Shown here in pieces: positions 19,231-26,998 of a stretch of DNA of 47,880 nt. Source of the stretch: an uncultured bacterium (lineage in GTDB: Bacteria > Hinthialibacterota > Hinthialibacteria > Hinthialibacterales > Hinthialibacteraceae). The notes under the pieces were generated by a model. The model was not told the DNA's origin. It saw only the letters and a list, made by a program, of their open reading frames with translations, and made no database searches. Both the position numbers and the translations under genes were made by a program. The stretch is taken from the NCBI GenBank assembly GCA_964643335.1, contig CAZXSQ010000001.1, forward strand, positions 2,844 through 50,723, read 5' to 3'. Position 1 is the first letter of the stretch. Every line of letters begins with the position of its first letter.

Positions 19231-19671
19231 TCAAGCCAGCGATACCTGGAATACTTGGTCTTTTTTTGAGGTACATGAATTACATTTATTTGTAGAACAA
19301 CTATTCGTGCTCTTTAAGCAGGTTTTGCCGTCACCTTTTGTCATGCCCCCCTTTCCGTCTTTACCGCATCCATCTAGGCTTCGGCCTTTGTTTGGATTCA
19401 AAATAACAAATCCCGCTTCATCATCCACTTCAAACCAGTCGACTTCGGATCCCCAGAGATATTGCGCGCTGAGTTCATCGACATGAATTTGAATTCCTTT
19501 ACTTTGAATCAGGATATCATCATCGGCGCGAAACTTATCCATGCCGATATGATATTTTAAGCCGGAACAGTCGCCACCCAGCACAGCCACCCGCATACCA
19601 GCCTTTGGACGACAATGATCGTTCCGGATTATTCTAAATTGTTTTGCTGCTTTTTCGGTTAAATAAATCAT
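19231..19671 (-). CDS. HesB/IscA-family iron-sulfur cluster insertion protein with an atypical Cys-rich C-terminal tail
   Basis: MIYLTEKAAKQF..., GGDCSGLKYHIGMD (equivalent to GGGCSGFxY), and FVILNPN. The canonical C-terminal CGCG is replaced by CGKDG, followed by a tail with C-x7-C-x4-C-x2-C. The track start is TTG at 19683; the ATG at 19671 is used here. Confidence 0.75.
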   Translation of the reverse strand: MIYLTEKAAKQFRIIRNDHCRPKAGMRVAVLGGDCSGLKYHIGMDKFRADDDILIQSKGIQIHVDELSAQYLWGSEVDWFEVDDEAGFVILNPNKGRSLDGCGKDGKGGMTKGDGKTCLKSTNSCSTNKCNSCTSKKDQVFQVSLA

Positions 19672-19793
19672 TTCAAGTTTCAAAAATGCTTATCATAAAG
19701 TATTATTTGTGCCGTTTATATTTTACCTTCTTTTCAATCAAATACCATGATGAATAAAGATAATAAACAAGTGGAAAATCGAATAAGAGCTCT

Positions 19794-22700
19794 TTAATCC
19801 CCACTAAAAGCAGTAGGATACCGGCTCAATTCATGCTTCCATGCCTGGCTGGATTTTCCATGATCCTTTCCGGTAATGGTTTTCAATACTTCGTAAGCAT
19901 GATCGGATAAAACCTCTCGAATATCTTCTACATAATCCGCCAATACCATCAAACCGCTTTTACCCCCGTACTTGGCCAATGTCCTGGCAACCACGACTTC
20001 TAAATAGGCACTGGTATAATTCTCATTCCCGTCAAGTCCCGATTTGGCCACATATCCGCCAATATGAGGCCGTTTCAATAAAGTATCCAAAGCAGGTATA
20101 AATTTTTCCTTATTAAATTTTTCCAAACTGTAACACAAACACAGTATACGGTCATAGTTGGGAATTCGCCGCCAGTGCATTCCGCCATGTTCTTGTGGGG
20201 GGCCACCTGCTTCTGTATTTGCCGTGATATCCTTCAAAAGACCATTGGCTCGATGATCACCCACCAGACCTAGCAGAACGATAAGTTGATTAACACGCCA
20301 ATAGGTACTTGGTTCACCGGCAAATCCGCCATGCGGTCTTTTTACACGATCGACCTCGCTGCTTTGTGGTTTATCTTTCAACTCATTTAATTTAGCGATC
20401 AATTCATCCACACCGGACTTGGATCCGAACCAGGCCAGTGCCATGGCGATGTATAATCTTCCATCGGTTGAAGCCGATGGATAAGCCTTTTCCAACAATG
20501 GAAGTATCTTACTTTTTTCCGTGCAGAGTGTTGGCAAAAAAGCATCTTCTTTTCCTTCATTTAAAGAAGAAACCAGCGTTGAAGGGGAGGGAAGACCTGT
20601 ATAGGAACCTACATCCTCTTCGCGAATAATTCCTCTTCCCAGAAGGATTTTTTGAATACCTTTTATATTGATGTCTCTTATCTTTTGCTTTTTATTCACA
20701 GCCTCGGCTGCAGTTAAACCGATGGCATAACCCATATTCTGCAAATCCGGCTGCATGCGCATAAAGCAAAATGCATCGCTCTGCGAGGAGAAGGCCTTAC
20801 CAATCACATACAATTTATCGAAGCCTTTCGGGATGCAGGCACGGTAAGGGATGCGTACAATTTTATCGTCACGGTGATAGGGGAGATAACCAAGCCGGGC
20901 ATAAATTGTATTCTGAACACCGTGTTGATCGTAATCCGTCTTACCGATGGCAATGACGTCATCGAAACGCTGCTGTGAAAAGACATCGGTGATTTCAACT
21001 TTGTAATCGCCTTCAATATGGCGTGATTCCCTTGGACACAAGATTGGTGAAAAATCATAATCCCCCCGCTTTACGTGACCAATATAAAATCCCCGTGTTC
21101 TATCCAAAAAGTCTGAATTATCAACCACCCCTAAGTTCCCATTCCTACCGATCAATTTTTTATTAATCCGCCAGCCGCCAAGATTAAACACCTGAATGTT
21201 CGTATCTTTTTTCCCGCCCAAATGCCAAGGAACACCCGACCAGGCCGCTAAATCACCGTCCCCGGTTGCATCAATGGTTACTTTGGATCGGATAACCTGA
21301 AGTCCATCCGAGCCGGTGGTAATAACCGCTTTTATTGCTTTGTTTTCAACATGGGTCCCTACAGCGCGGATTCTGTAATAGATGAATCCTTTGGCTTTGA
21401 TGATCTCATCAAAATAAGTCATCATCTTGGCTTCGACATTCCAGTCACGCATTTTATGATAAGTGCTGATGTGTTTTTCCATTTGCAGCACTTTCTCATC
21501 CAATTCAGCCGTATATCCGCCGCGGTAACCGTGATAATACCGTGTGATCCCGCCATGGGTTCCCGTTCCTCCCAATCCATTGGAAGGTTCAACCAGTATA
21601 ACGTTATCCGTTGTGAGGCTGGCCGAGATCGCAGCCGGTGCGCCGGATGTTCCGCCGCCGATAACCAGCACGTTTGAATCATCCAGTTCAGGAATTGAAT
21701 CAATGGGAGGCATATCTAATGAATAAAATGTTAAGTCAAATCGCTGGTCATAGCACTTTTTAGGTATCAAACTATGCAGTGGCACTTCAGAGTTACCCAA
21801 TCTGTATATGAGTTGTTCTAATTGCGGGGAATCTTGAATGTTTTGAATATTTTCAAGAGCGGTATTAACCAACTGCATTGCCGCTGACTGCATCTCATTC
21901 AGTTGATCACCACTGATTTTTTCCGGCCAAGTAATCTCGGTTACAAACAAGTTTTTACATCCTTCAACTTCACGGTTGTTTGGTGCTATTCCATCCAATG
22001 TCCAGTACTTCGGCAGCCACAACTCGGGAGATGTCTGCAATAAAACCGCTTCTTTGAAACTGGGTTCATTAGAAATTAAAAAGTTGCATAATTGGATCGA
22101 CTTTTGACGCGCTTCCACTTCCCAGCGGGCTTTCTCTTTGCAGCTGGCATCAACAGATTTCACGGGCATTTGAAACTCCGCATAATAATGCGTGTCATCA
22201 TACTTCCCGCGATGCAGTTCAACTCGATCCCCCGTCAAACCTAATTCACTGGGCACTTCAATAAAATTTTTTCCCGGCTGTGAGACCATGAAAAATTCAA
22301 CCACACGCCGAGCATTAAATTCCAGCTGGTTTATTTTCCGTTTCGTTCCTGCGGTGTATGCCGCCGATGCCGTTTCCGTGGCATCGATAATCGTTTTCGC
22401 TAAGATGGCCTGCAAGCCGCTTTTATTCCCAATTACCACCCCCGCAGCTTGGCCGCCGTTTATCAAAACTCCCGCCACATCCGACATGAAGAGCGTTTCG
22501 ATACTTTCTTCTCTGAGTTTGCTTAATAGATTTTTCTTGACCGCTCCCACCTGAACTGGGATTTCGCCAATATTAAAGTCATCGGATATTTTTCTACTGA
22601 ACAAAATATCCTTCAAATCATCGCTTATGGAATCGATGTTTTGGGATTGTATCCATGGCCTCATGGTGGCGGTGATATCTGTTCCGAGATAACTTCTTGA

Positions 22701-22898
22701 TTCAATCAAGATAACCTTTAAGTTTTCCCGCGCGGCGTTCAAGGCTGCAAGGCATCCTGTTAGGCTGCCGCCGATAATAACCACATCCGCCATCCTGTTG
22801 ATGTTCATCCGCTCTGCTTCCGCAAATGAAACACTATTGCTCAAAGCTATAGCCGGCCCTAAAGATAATATACTGCCGATAAATTCCCTGCGCTTCAT
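19794..22898 (-). CDS. Tat-exported dual-module FAD-dependent-oxidoreductase-like protein with a helical-repeat C-terminus (paralog A)
   Basis: MKRREFIGSILSLGPAIAL twin-arginine signal. Two dinucleotide-binding motifs: DVVIIGGSLTGCLAA...VILIE and VLVIGGGTSGAPAAISA...VILVE. IDATGDGDLAAWSG lies in the second module. The last ~250 aa are helical and HEAT/ARM-like. GGAGA lies 7 nt before the ATG at 22898; the track start at 22904 is 2 codons upstream. Confidence 0.8.
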   Translation of the reverse strand: MKRREFIGSILSLGPAIALSNSVSFAEAERMNINRMADVVIIGGSLTGCLAALNAARENLKVILIESRSYLGTDITATMRPWIQSQNIDSISDDLKDILFSRKISDDFNIGEIPVQVGAVKKNLLSKLREESIETLFMSDVAGVLINGGQAAGVVIGNKSGLQAILAKTIIDATETASAAYTAGTKRKINQLEFNARRVVEFFMVSQPGKNFIEVPSELGLTGDRVELHRGKYDDTHYYAEFQMPVKSVDASCKEKARWEVEARQKSIQLCNFLISNEPSFKEAVLLQTSPELWLPKYWTLDGIAPNNREVEGCKNLFVTEITWPEKISGDQLNEMQSAAMQLVNTALENIQNIQDSPQLEQLIYRLGNSEVPLHSLIPKKCYDQRFDLTFYSLDMPPIDSIPELDDSNVLVIGGGTSGAPAAISASLTTDNVILVEPSNGLGGTGTHGGITRYYHGYRGGYTAELDEKVLQMEKHISTYHKMRDWNVEAKMMTYFDEIIKAKGFIYYRIRAVGTHVENKAIKAVITTGSDGLQVIRSKVTIDATGDGDLAAWSGVPWHLGGKKDTNIQVFNLGGWRINKKLIGRNGNLGVVDNSDFLDRTRGFYIGHVKRGDYDFSPILCPRESRHIEGDYKVEITDVFSQQRFDDVIAIGKTDYDQHGVQNTIYARLGYLPYHRDDKIVRIPYRACIPKGFDKLYVIGKAFSSQSDAFCFMRMQPDLQNMGYAIGLTAAEAVNKKQKIRDINIKGIQKILLGRGIIREEDVGSYTGLPSPSTLVSSLNEGKEDAFLPTLCTEKSKILPLLEKAYPSASTDGRLYIAMALAWFGSKSGVDELIAKLNELKDKPQSSEVDRVKRPHGGFAGEPSTYWRVNQLIVLLGLVGDHRANGLLKDITANTEAGGPPQEHGGMHWRRIPNYDRILCLCYSLEKFNKEKFIPALDTLLKRPHIGGYVAKSGLDGNENYTSAYLEVVVARTLAKYGGKSGLMVLADYVEDIREVLSDHAYEVLKTITGKDHGKSSQAWKHELSRYPTAFSGD

Positions 22899-23031
22899 TA
22901 TCATTCTCCCCGTTTTTAATCAAAACGTTTTATTTTTTACAATAGGCTATGTTACGATTCCCTAATATCTGTGGTTTCAGTATAAACTAATTAATACATA
23001 ATTTACATGGTTATCTGTTCTTTTTATTAGC

Positions 23032-23060
23032 ACAAAAAGGGCGACACGAAGCCGCCCTTA
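23032..23060 (-). terminator. Rho-independent terminator candidate downstream of paralog B
   Basis: Minus strand reads AAGGGCG-GCTTCGTGT-CGCCCTT followed by TTTTGTG. The stem is 23037-23043 / 23053-23059. It begins about 30 nt after the stop at 23089. Confidence 0.6.
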
Positions 23061-23088
23061 GTCATAGTAATGTTTTAATAATTTCCAA

Positions 23089-26000
23089 TCAATTTCCACT
23101 GAAAGTAGCAGGATACCGGCTTAACGCTTCTTTCCAGGCTTCGCTATTTTTGCCGAAGTCTTTGCCGGTAATGGTTTTCAATACTTCGTAAGCATGATCG
23201 GATAATACAGAGCGTATATCTTCTACATAATCTGCCAGAAGCATCAAACCTGCTTTCCCGCCGCATTTCGCCAATGTTCGGGCGATGATCACTTCCAGAT
23301 AGGCGCTGATATATTTCTCTTCACCATCGATCCCTGATTTAGCCACAAAACCGCTGATATGGGGTCTTTCCAACAACGTTTCCAACGCACGAACCGATTT
23401 GTTACTGGCGAATCGCTCCAAACTGAAACACAGAGAGACGATCCTGTCATAATTCGGTACACGCCGCCAATGCAGCCTTGGATTGCTCTGCTGAGGGCCG
23501 CCTGCTTCAGTGTGTGCGGTGATATTGCTTAACAAATTGACTGCGCGATCGTCACCCGCCAGTCCAAGCAGAACAATGAGTTGGTTCACTCGCCAGTACA
23601 CATTTGGTTCACCCAAGAAACCGCCTCGCGGCCGGTTATGGCGGTCATATTTCCCGGTTTGGGGATTGTCTTTCAATGCATCCAGCCGTACGATCAGTTC
23701 TTCCACTCCGGTTTTTGAACCAAACCAGGCAAGAGCCATGGCCAGATACATTTTCCCCTGGGCTGCAGCAGTTGGATAGGCTGCCTCCAATAACGGCAGT
23801 ATTTCACTTCTTTTTGTACACAAAGCGGGCAACAAAGCGGATTCTTTTGATTCGTTTAAAGAAGCCACCAACTCTTTCGCAGGGGGTAACTCTGTGAATG
23901 TACCGATATCTTCCGGCTTGAGTATTCCTTTTTCGATCAGTTTTTCCTGAATCTTTTTTATATTAATTCGGCGTATGCTCTCTCCGTTCTTACCCGCCGC
24001 TGAAGCAGCCAGGCCGATGGCATATCCCAAATTCTGCATATCTGCCTGCATTCGCATAAAACAAAAGGCATCGCTCTCAGCCGAAAAGGCTTTACCAATC
24101 ACATACAAACCTTCGATGCCTTTTGGAAGACAGGCACGGTAGGGGACACGCACGATATGTGAGTCCCGATGATAAGGAATATAACCCAAACGGGCGAACA
24201 GAGAATTCTGCAAGCCATGCTGATCGTAATCAGTTTTACCGATAGCAATCGAATCGGGAAAACGCTGTCTGGAAAATACATCGGAAACTTGCAACTGATA
24301 ATCACCGATCATGTGGCGGGATTCCCGTGCGCTTAAGTACGGTGAAAAATCATACCGGTTTCCGTTTTTGTGACCAATAAACAAACCGCGGGTTGAATCC
24401 AGTGTTTGGGTTTTATCGATCACGCCTATATCCAGGTTGACGCCAACCATTTTTTTGGTCAGACGCCAGTTGCATTGATTGAATGTTTGAAGATTGCCGT
24501 CTTTTTCATCTCCAACGTAACAGGGAACTCTGGACCAGGCAGCCAGGTCACCGTCACCGGTTCCGTCAATGGTTACATTGGACCGAATTGAGCTTAAACC
24601 ATCCGAGTTCAGCGTGATGATGGCTTGAAGTTTTTTATCCTCAACATGGGTTCCAACCGCTTGGGTTCTATAATAAATGAAACCGCCATTGTTTACGATC
24701 TCATCGAAATAAGTCATCATTTTGACTTCCACATTCCAGTGAGACATCTTATGATACGTACTGATCCGCTTGGCCATTTGTGTAACTTTTTTATTCAGTT
24801 CTGCGGTGAATCCTCCCCGGTACCCATGATAATAACTATTGATACCTCCAATAGTTCCGGTTCCACCCAATCCATTCGTTGGCTCAACAAGGATCACTCT
24901 ATCCAGCTCGCGGCTGGCAGAAATCGCCGCCGGTGCCCCCGCTGTTCCACCACCCACAACCAATACATTAGACGTGTCCATTTCAGGAAGCGTATCGATG
25001 TCTGGTAATTGCAAAGAATAATATCTCAATTGGAAACGGTGGTCACAACAGGTTTCGGGTTTCAAAGAATGTAGCGGTATTTCAAAACCACCCATCCGGA
25101 TCACATTATTTGATTCTGATATCTCATGAATATTCGCTATCCTATCAATTACAATCTCTGTTAATTGATCTACAGCGGATTGCATATTATTTAACTGATC
25201 AACATCAAGTTTCTCATGCCATACATAATTCCTTGAAATCCTGAACAAGTTCTTGCATGATTGAACTTCACCGGTTTCTTGATTGATGTCTTTCATCGTC
25301 CAATAGTCCGGATACCACAACTCCGGTGAAGTTTGCAATAGCACCGCTTCTTTAAACGCAGTCACATTGGCGATCAGATACTCGCATAATTCGATGGTTT
25401 TCTTACGCGCTTCTACTTCCCAGCGAGCTTTTTCTTTATAACTGGCATCGTTTGATTTCACCGGTAAATGAAACTCAATATAATAATGGGTATCATCATG
25501 CTTCCCACGGTGCAGCCACACTCTGTTATCTTTTAGACCGAGTTCACTGGGCACATCGATGTAGTTGTTTGCAGGTTTACCAACAGTTAAGAATTCCGCT
25601 ACCCGCTGCACCTTAAATTCAGGTTTACTAACATTCCTTTTAGCGCCTGACAAAAAGACCGCTGTGGCTATCTCCGTAGCGTCAATGACCGTCTTTGCCA
25701 AAATAGACTGCAATCCACTTTTATTGCCGATGACAACGCCGGTAACTTTCTCTTCCTCAGTCAAGACTCCTGCTAACTCCGACATGAAAAGAATTTCAAC
25801 ACCGGCTTCCCTCAATTTTCGAACCAGGTTTTTCTTAATGGCTCCAACCTGTAATGGATATTCCTCCACATTCTCATCATGGGGTAATTTGCTGTTGAAC
25901 AAAACCTCCTGCAAATCTTCATTCAAGGAACCGATGTTTTTGGATTGAATCCATGGACGTAACGTCGCAGTAATATCCGTACCGAGATACGTTCTGGATT

Positions 26001-26196
26001 CAATCAGAATAACTTTTTGGTTCTCTCTGGCCGCCTTCATCGCAGCCAAACATCCAGCCAAACTGCCACCCACCACGATAACATCCGCAGCATTATTGAT
26101 CTCCATATCAGCTGCTTCAGTCAATGAAAGGCTGTTGGTTAAAGCAATAGCCGGCCCGAGTGAAAGCATACTTCCAATAAAATCTCGTCGCTTCAT
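23089..26196 (-). CDS. Tat-exported dual-module FAD-dependent-oxidoreductase-like protein with a helical-repeat C-terminus (paralog B)
   Basis: Colinear with paralog A over its full length. The first 100 aa are roughly 70% identical by hand alignment. It has the same twin-arginine signal, the same two GxGxxG motifs (DVIVVGGSLAGCLAA; VLVVGGGTAGAPAAISA), IDGTGDGDLAAWS, and the same C-terminal helical region. GGGAG lies 7 nt before the ATG. Confidence 0.8.
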   Translation of the reverse strand: MKRRDFIGSMLSLGPAIALTNSLSLTEAADMEINNAADVIVVGGSLAGCLAAMKAARENQKVILIESRTYLGTDITATLRPWIQSKNIGSLNEDLQEVLFNSKLPHDENVEEYPLQVGAIKKNLVRKLREAGVEILFMSELAGVLTEEEKVTGVVIGNKSGLQSILAKTVIDATEIATAVFLSGAKRNVSKPEFKVQRVAEFLTVGKPANNYIDVPSELGLKDNRVWLHRGKHDDTHYYIEFHLPVKSNDASYKEKARWEVEARKKTIELCEYLIANVTAFKEAVLLQTSPELWYPDYWTMKDINQETGEVQSCKNLFRISRNYVWHEKLDVDQLNNMQSAVDQLTEIVIDRIANIHEISESNNVIRMGGFEIPLHSLKPETCCDHRFQLRYYSLQLPDIDTLPEMDTSNVLVVGGGTAGAPAAISASRELDRVILVEPTNGLGGTGTIGGINSYYHGYRGGFTAELNKKVTQMAKRISTYHKMSHWNVEVKMMTYFDEIVNNGGFIYYRTQAVGTHVEDKKLQAIITLNSDGLSSIRSNVTIDGTGDGDLAAWSRVPCYVGDEKDGNLQTFNQCNWRLTKKMVGVNLDIGVIDKTQTLDSTRGLFIGHKNGNRYDFSPYLSARESRHMIGDYQLQVSDVFSRQRFPDSIAIGKTDYDQHGLQNSLFARLGYIPYHRDSHIVRVPYRACLPKGIEGLYVIGKAFSAESDAFCFMRMQADMQNLGYAIGLAASAAGKNGESIRRINIKKIQEKLIEKGILKPEDIGTFTELPPAKELVASLNESKESALLPALCTKRSEILPLLEAAYPTAAAQGKMYLAMALAWFGSKTGVEELIVRLDALKDNPQTGKYDRHNRPRGGFLGEPNVYWRVNQLIVLLGLAGDDRAVNLLSNITAHTEAGGPQQSNPRLHWRRVPNYDRIVSLCFSLERFASNKSVRALETLLERPHISGFVAKSGIDGEEKYISAYLEVIIARTLAKCGGKAGLMLLADYVEDIRSVLSDHAYEVLKTITGKDFGKNSEAWKEALSRYPATFSGN

Positions 26197-26427
26197 ATCA
26201 AAACTCCCGCTTTATGCTAATCTTTATGAATGATTTATCTTTCATAAATTTCTCCCACTCAGTATAAACGTATGAATAGGTATTCCCTATGGGAAATCAC
26301 CTAAAATGCTCCCACCTATCATGAAAGTGTTAAACTTCACTTTCAACATATAGGACTTTTACCTTATACTCTCCTATAGGCAAAGGGAGGCATAAATTTG
26401 TATCAGCTGAATTGGGAGAGCTGAAAT

Positions 26428-26502
26428 GGGAGGGCAAGGCTCCTGCCGAGCCACTAATTAATACAAACGTTTCGTAAGGCTCATCAGGAGATTCGTCCTC
26501 CC
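26428..26502. repeat. Imperfect GC-rich inverted repeat
   Basis: GGGAGGGCAAGGCTCCTGCCGAGCC (26428-26452) faces GGCTCATCAGGAGATTCGTCCTCCC (26478-26502). About 19 of 25 positions are complementary by hand count. Confidence 0.55.
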
Positions 26503-26506
26503 GCTA

Positions 26507-26754
26507 GGTGGCAAGGGCAAGGCGAAGCCCAATGTCATTAACTTACCGAAAAAGGTAGTATTTTATGCCCTGAAGGGGCAATATATGATAGCCCAGGGCA
26601 TTCGCCCTGGGAACAAAATGCAATAGACCCAAAGCCCTGAAAGGGCGATAGAATTCTTAAGTTAATGACATTGAGGCGAAGCCAGCCCTTGACGGTATGT
26701 CTCCATCTACCTCTACCGCAAGGGCTGACCGCAAACGGTCTTGCCCTTGCCACC
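26507..26754. repeat. Composite nested inverted-repeat element (MITE-like, non-coding), long variant
   Basis: Perfect 15-bp outer inverted repeat: GGTGGCAAGGGCAAG (26507-26521) / CTTGCCCTTGCCACC (26740-26754). Perfect 15-bp inner inverted repeat: AATGTCATTAACTTA (26531-26545) / TAAGTTAATGACATT (26657-26671). Internal hairpins: CCCAGGGC-ATTC-GCCCTGGG (~26592-26611), GCCCT-GAA-AGGGC (~26633-26645), and CAGCCCTTG...CAAGGGCTG (26683-26727). A short variant lies at 40789-40867. Confidence 0.7.
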
Positions 26755-26862
26755 CCCACTGGGAGCACGAGCATCTTGGTCCGAACGTGTGAGTAAAAAG
26801 GTTATCATTAAAGTCTAAAATAAAGGACAGGATATCCGCAATTCAAACGCGTAAAACACTAC

Positions 26863-26941
26863 GAGGGTAAACACATAGGTTTACCCTCTACAAATCATTA
26901 GGGCAATGCCGTTTGTAGGGGCAATCCTGTGTGATTGCCCC
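26863..26941. repeat. Two REP-like hairpins just upstream of the OPT transporter gene
   Basis: GAGGGTAAAC-ACATAG-GTTTACCCTC (26863-26888; 10-bp perfect stem). GTAG-GGGCAATC-CTGTGT-GATTGCCCC (26915-26941; 9-bp perfect stem). Confidence 0.75.
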
Positions 26942-26998
26942 ATGGTACATGATCGCCAATCAATAAGAAGATTAATTACAGAAAGGAATATACAAAGT

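Noticed and set aside
26538-26774. 78-aa track ORF (minus strand) in the long intergenic region
   Set aside because: It is encoded entirely by the nested inverted-repeat element, has an Arg/Gly/Pro/Cys-rich composition typical of translated GC palindromes, and has no ribosome-binding site. The same reasoning applies to 26881..27093(-), 7080..7268(-), 7193..7417(+), 12354..12563(+) and 12367..12600(+).
26906-26998. N-terminal 31-codon extension of the OPT transporter ORF as given in the track
   Set aside because: The extension translates the GTAG-type REP hairpin (VGAILCDCP) and adds no signal or TM segment. An in-frame ATG at 26999 with an upstream purine-rich site begins the conserved OPT N-terminus.
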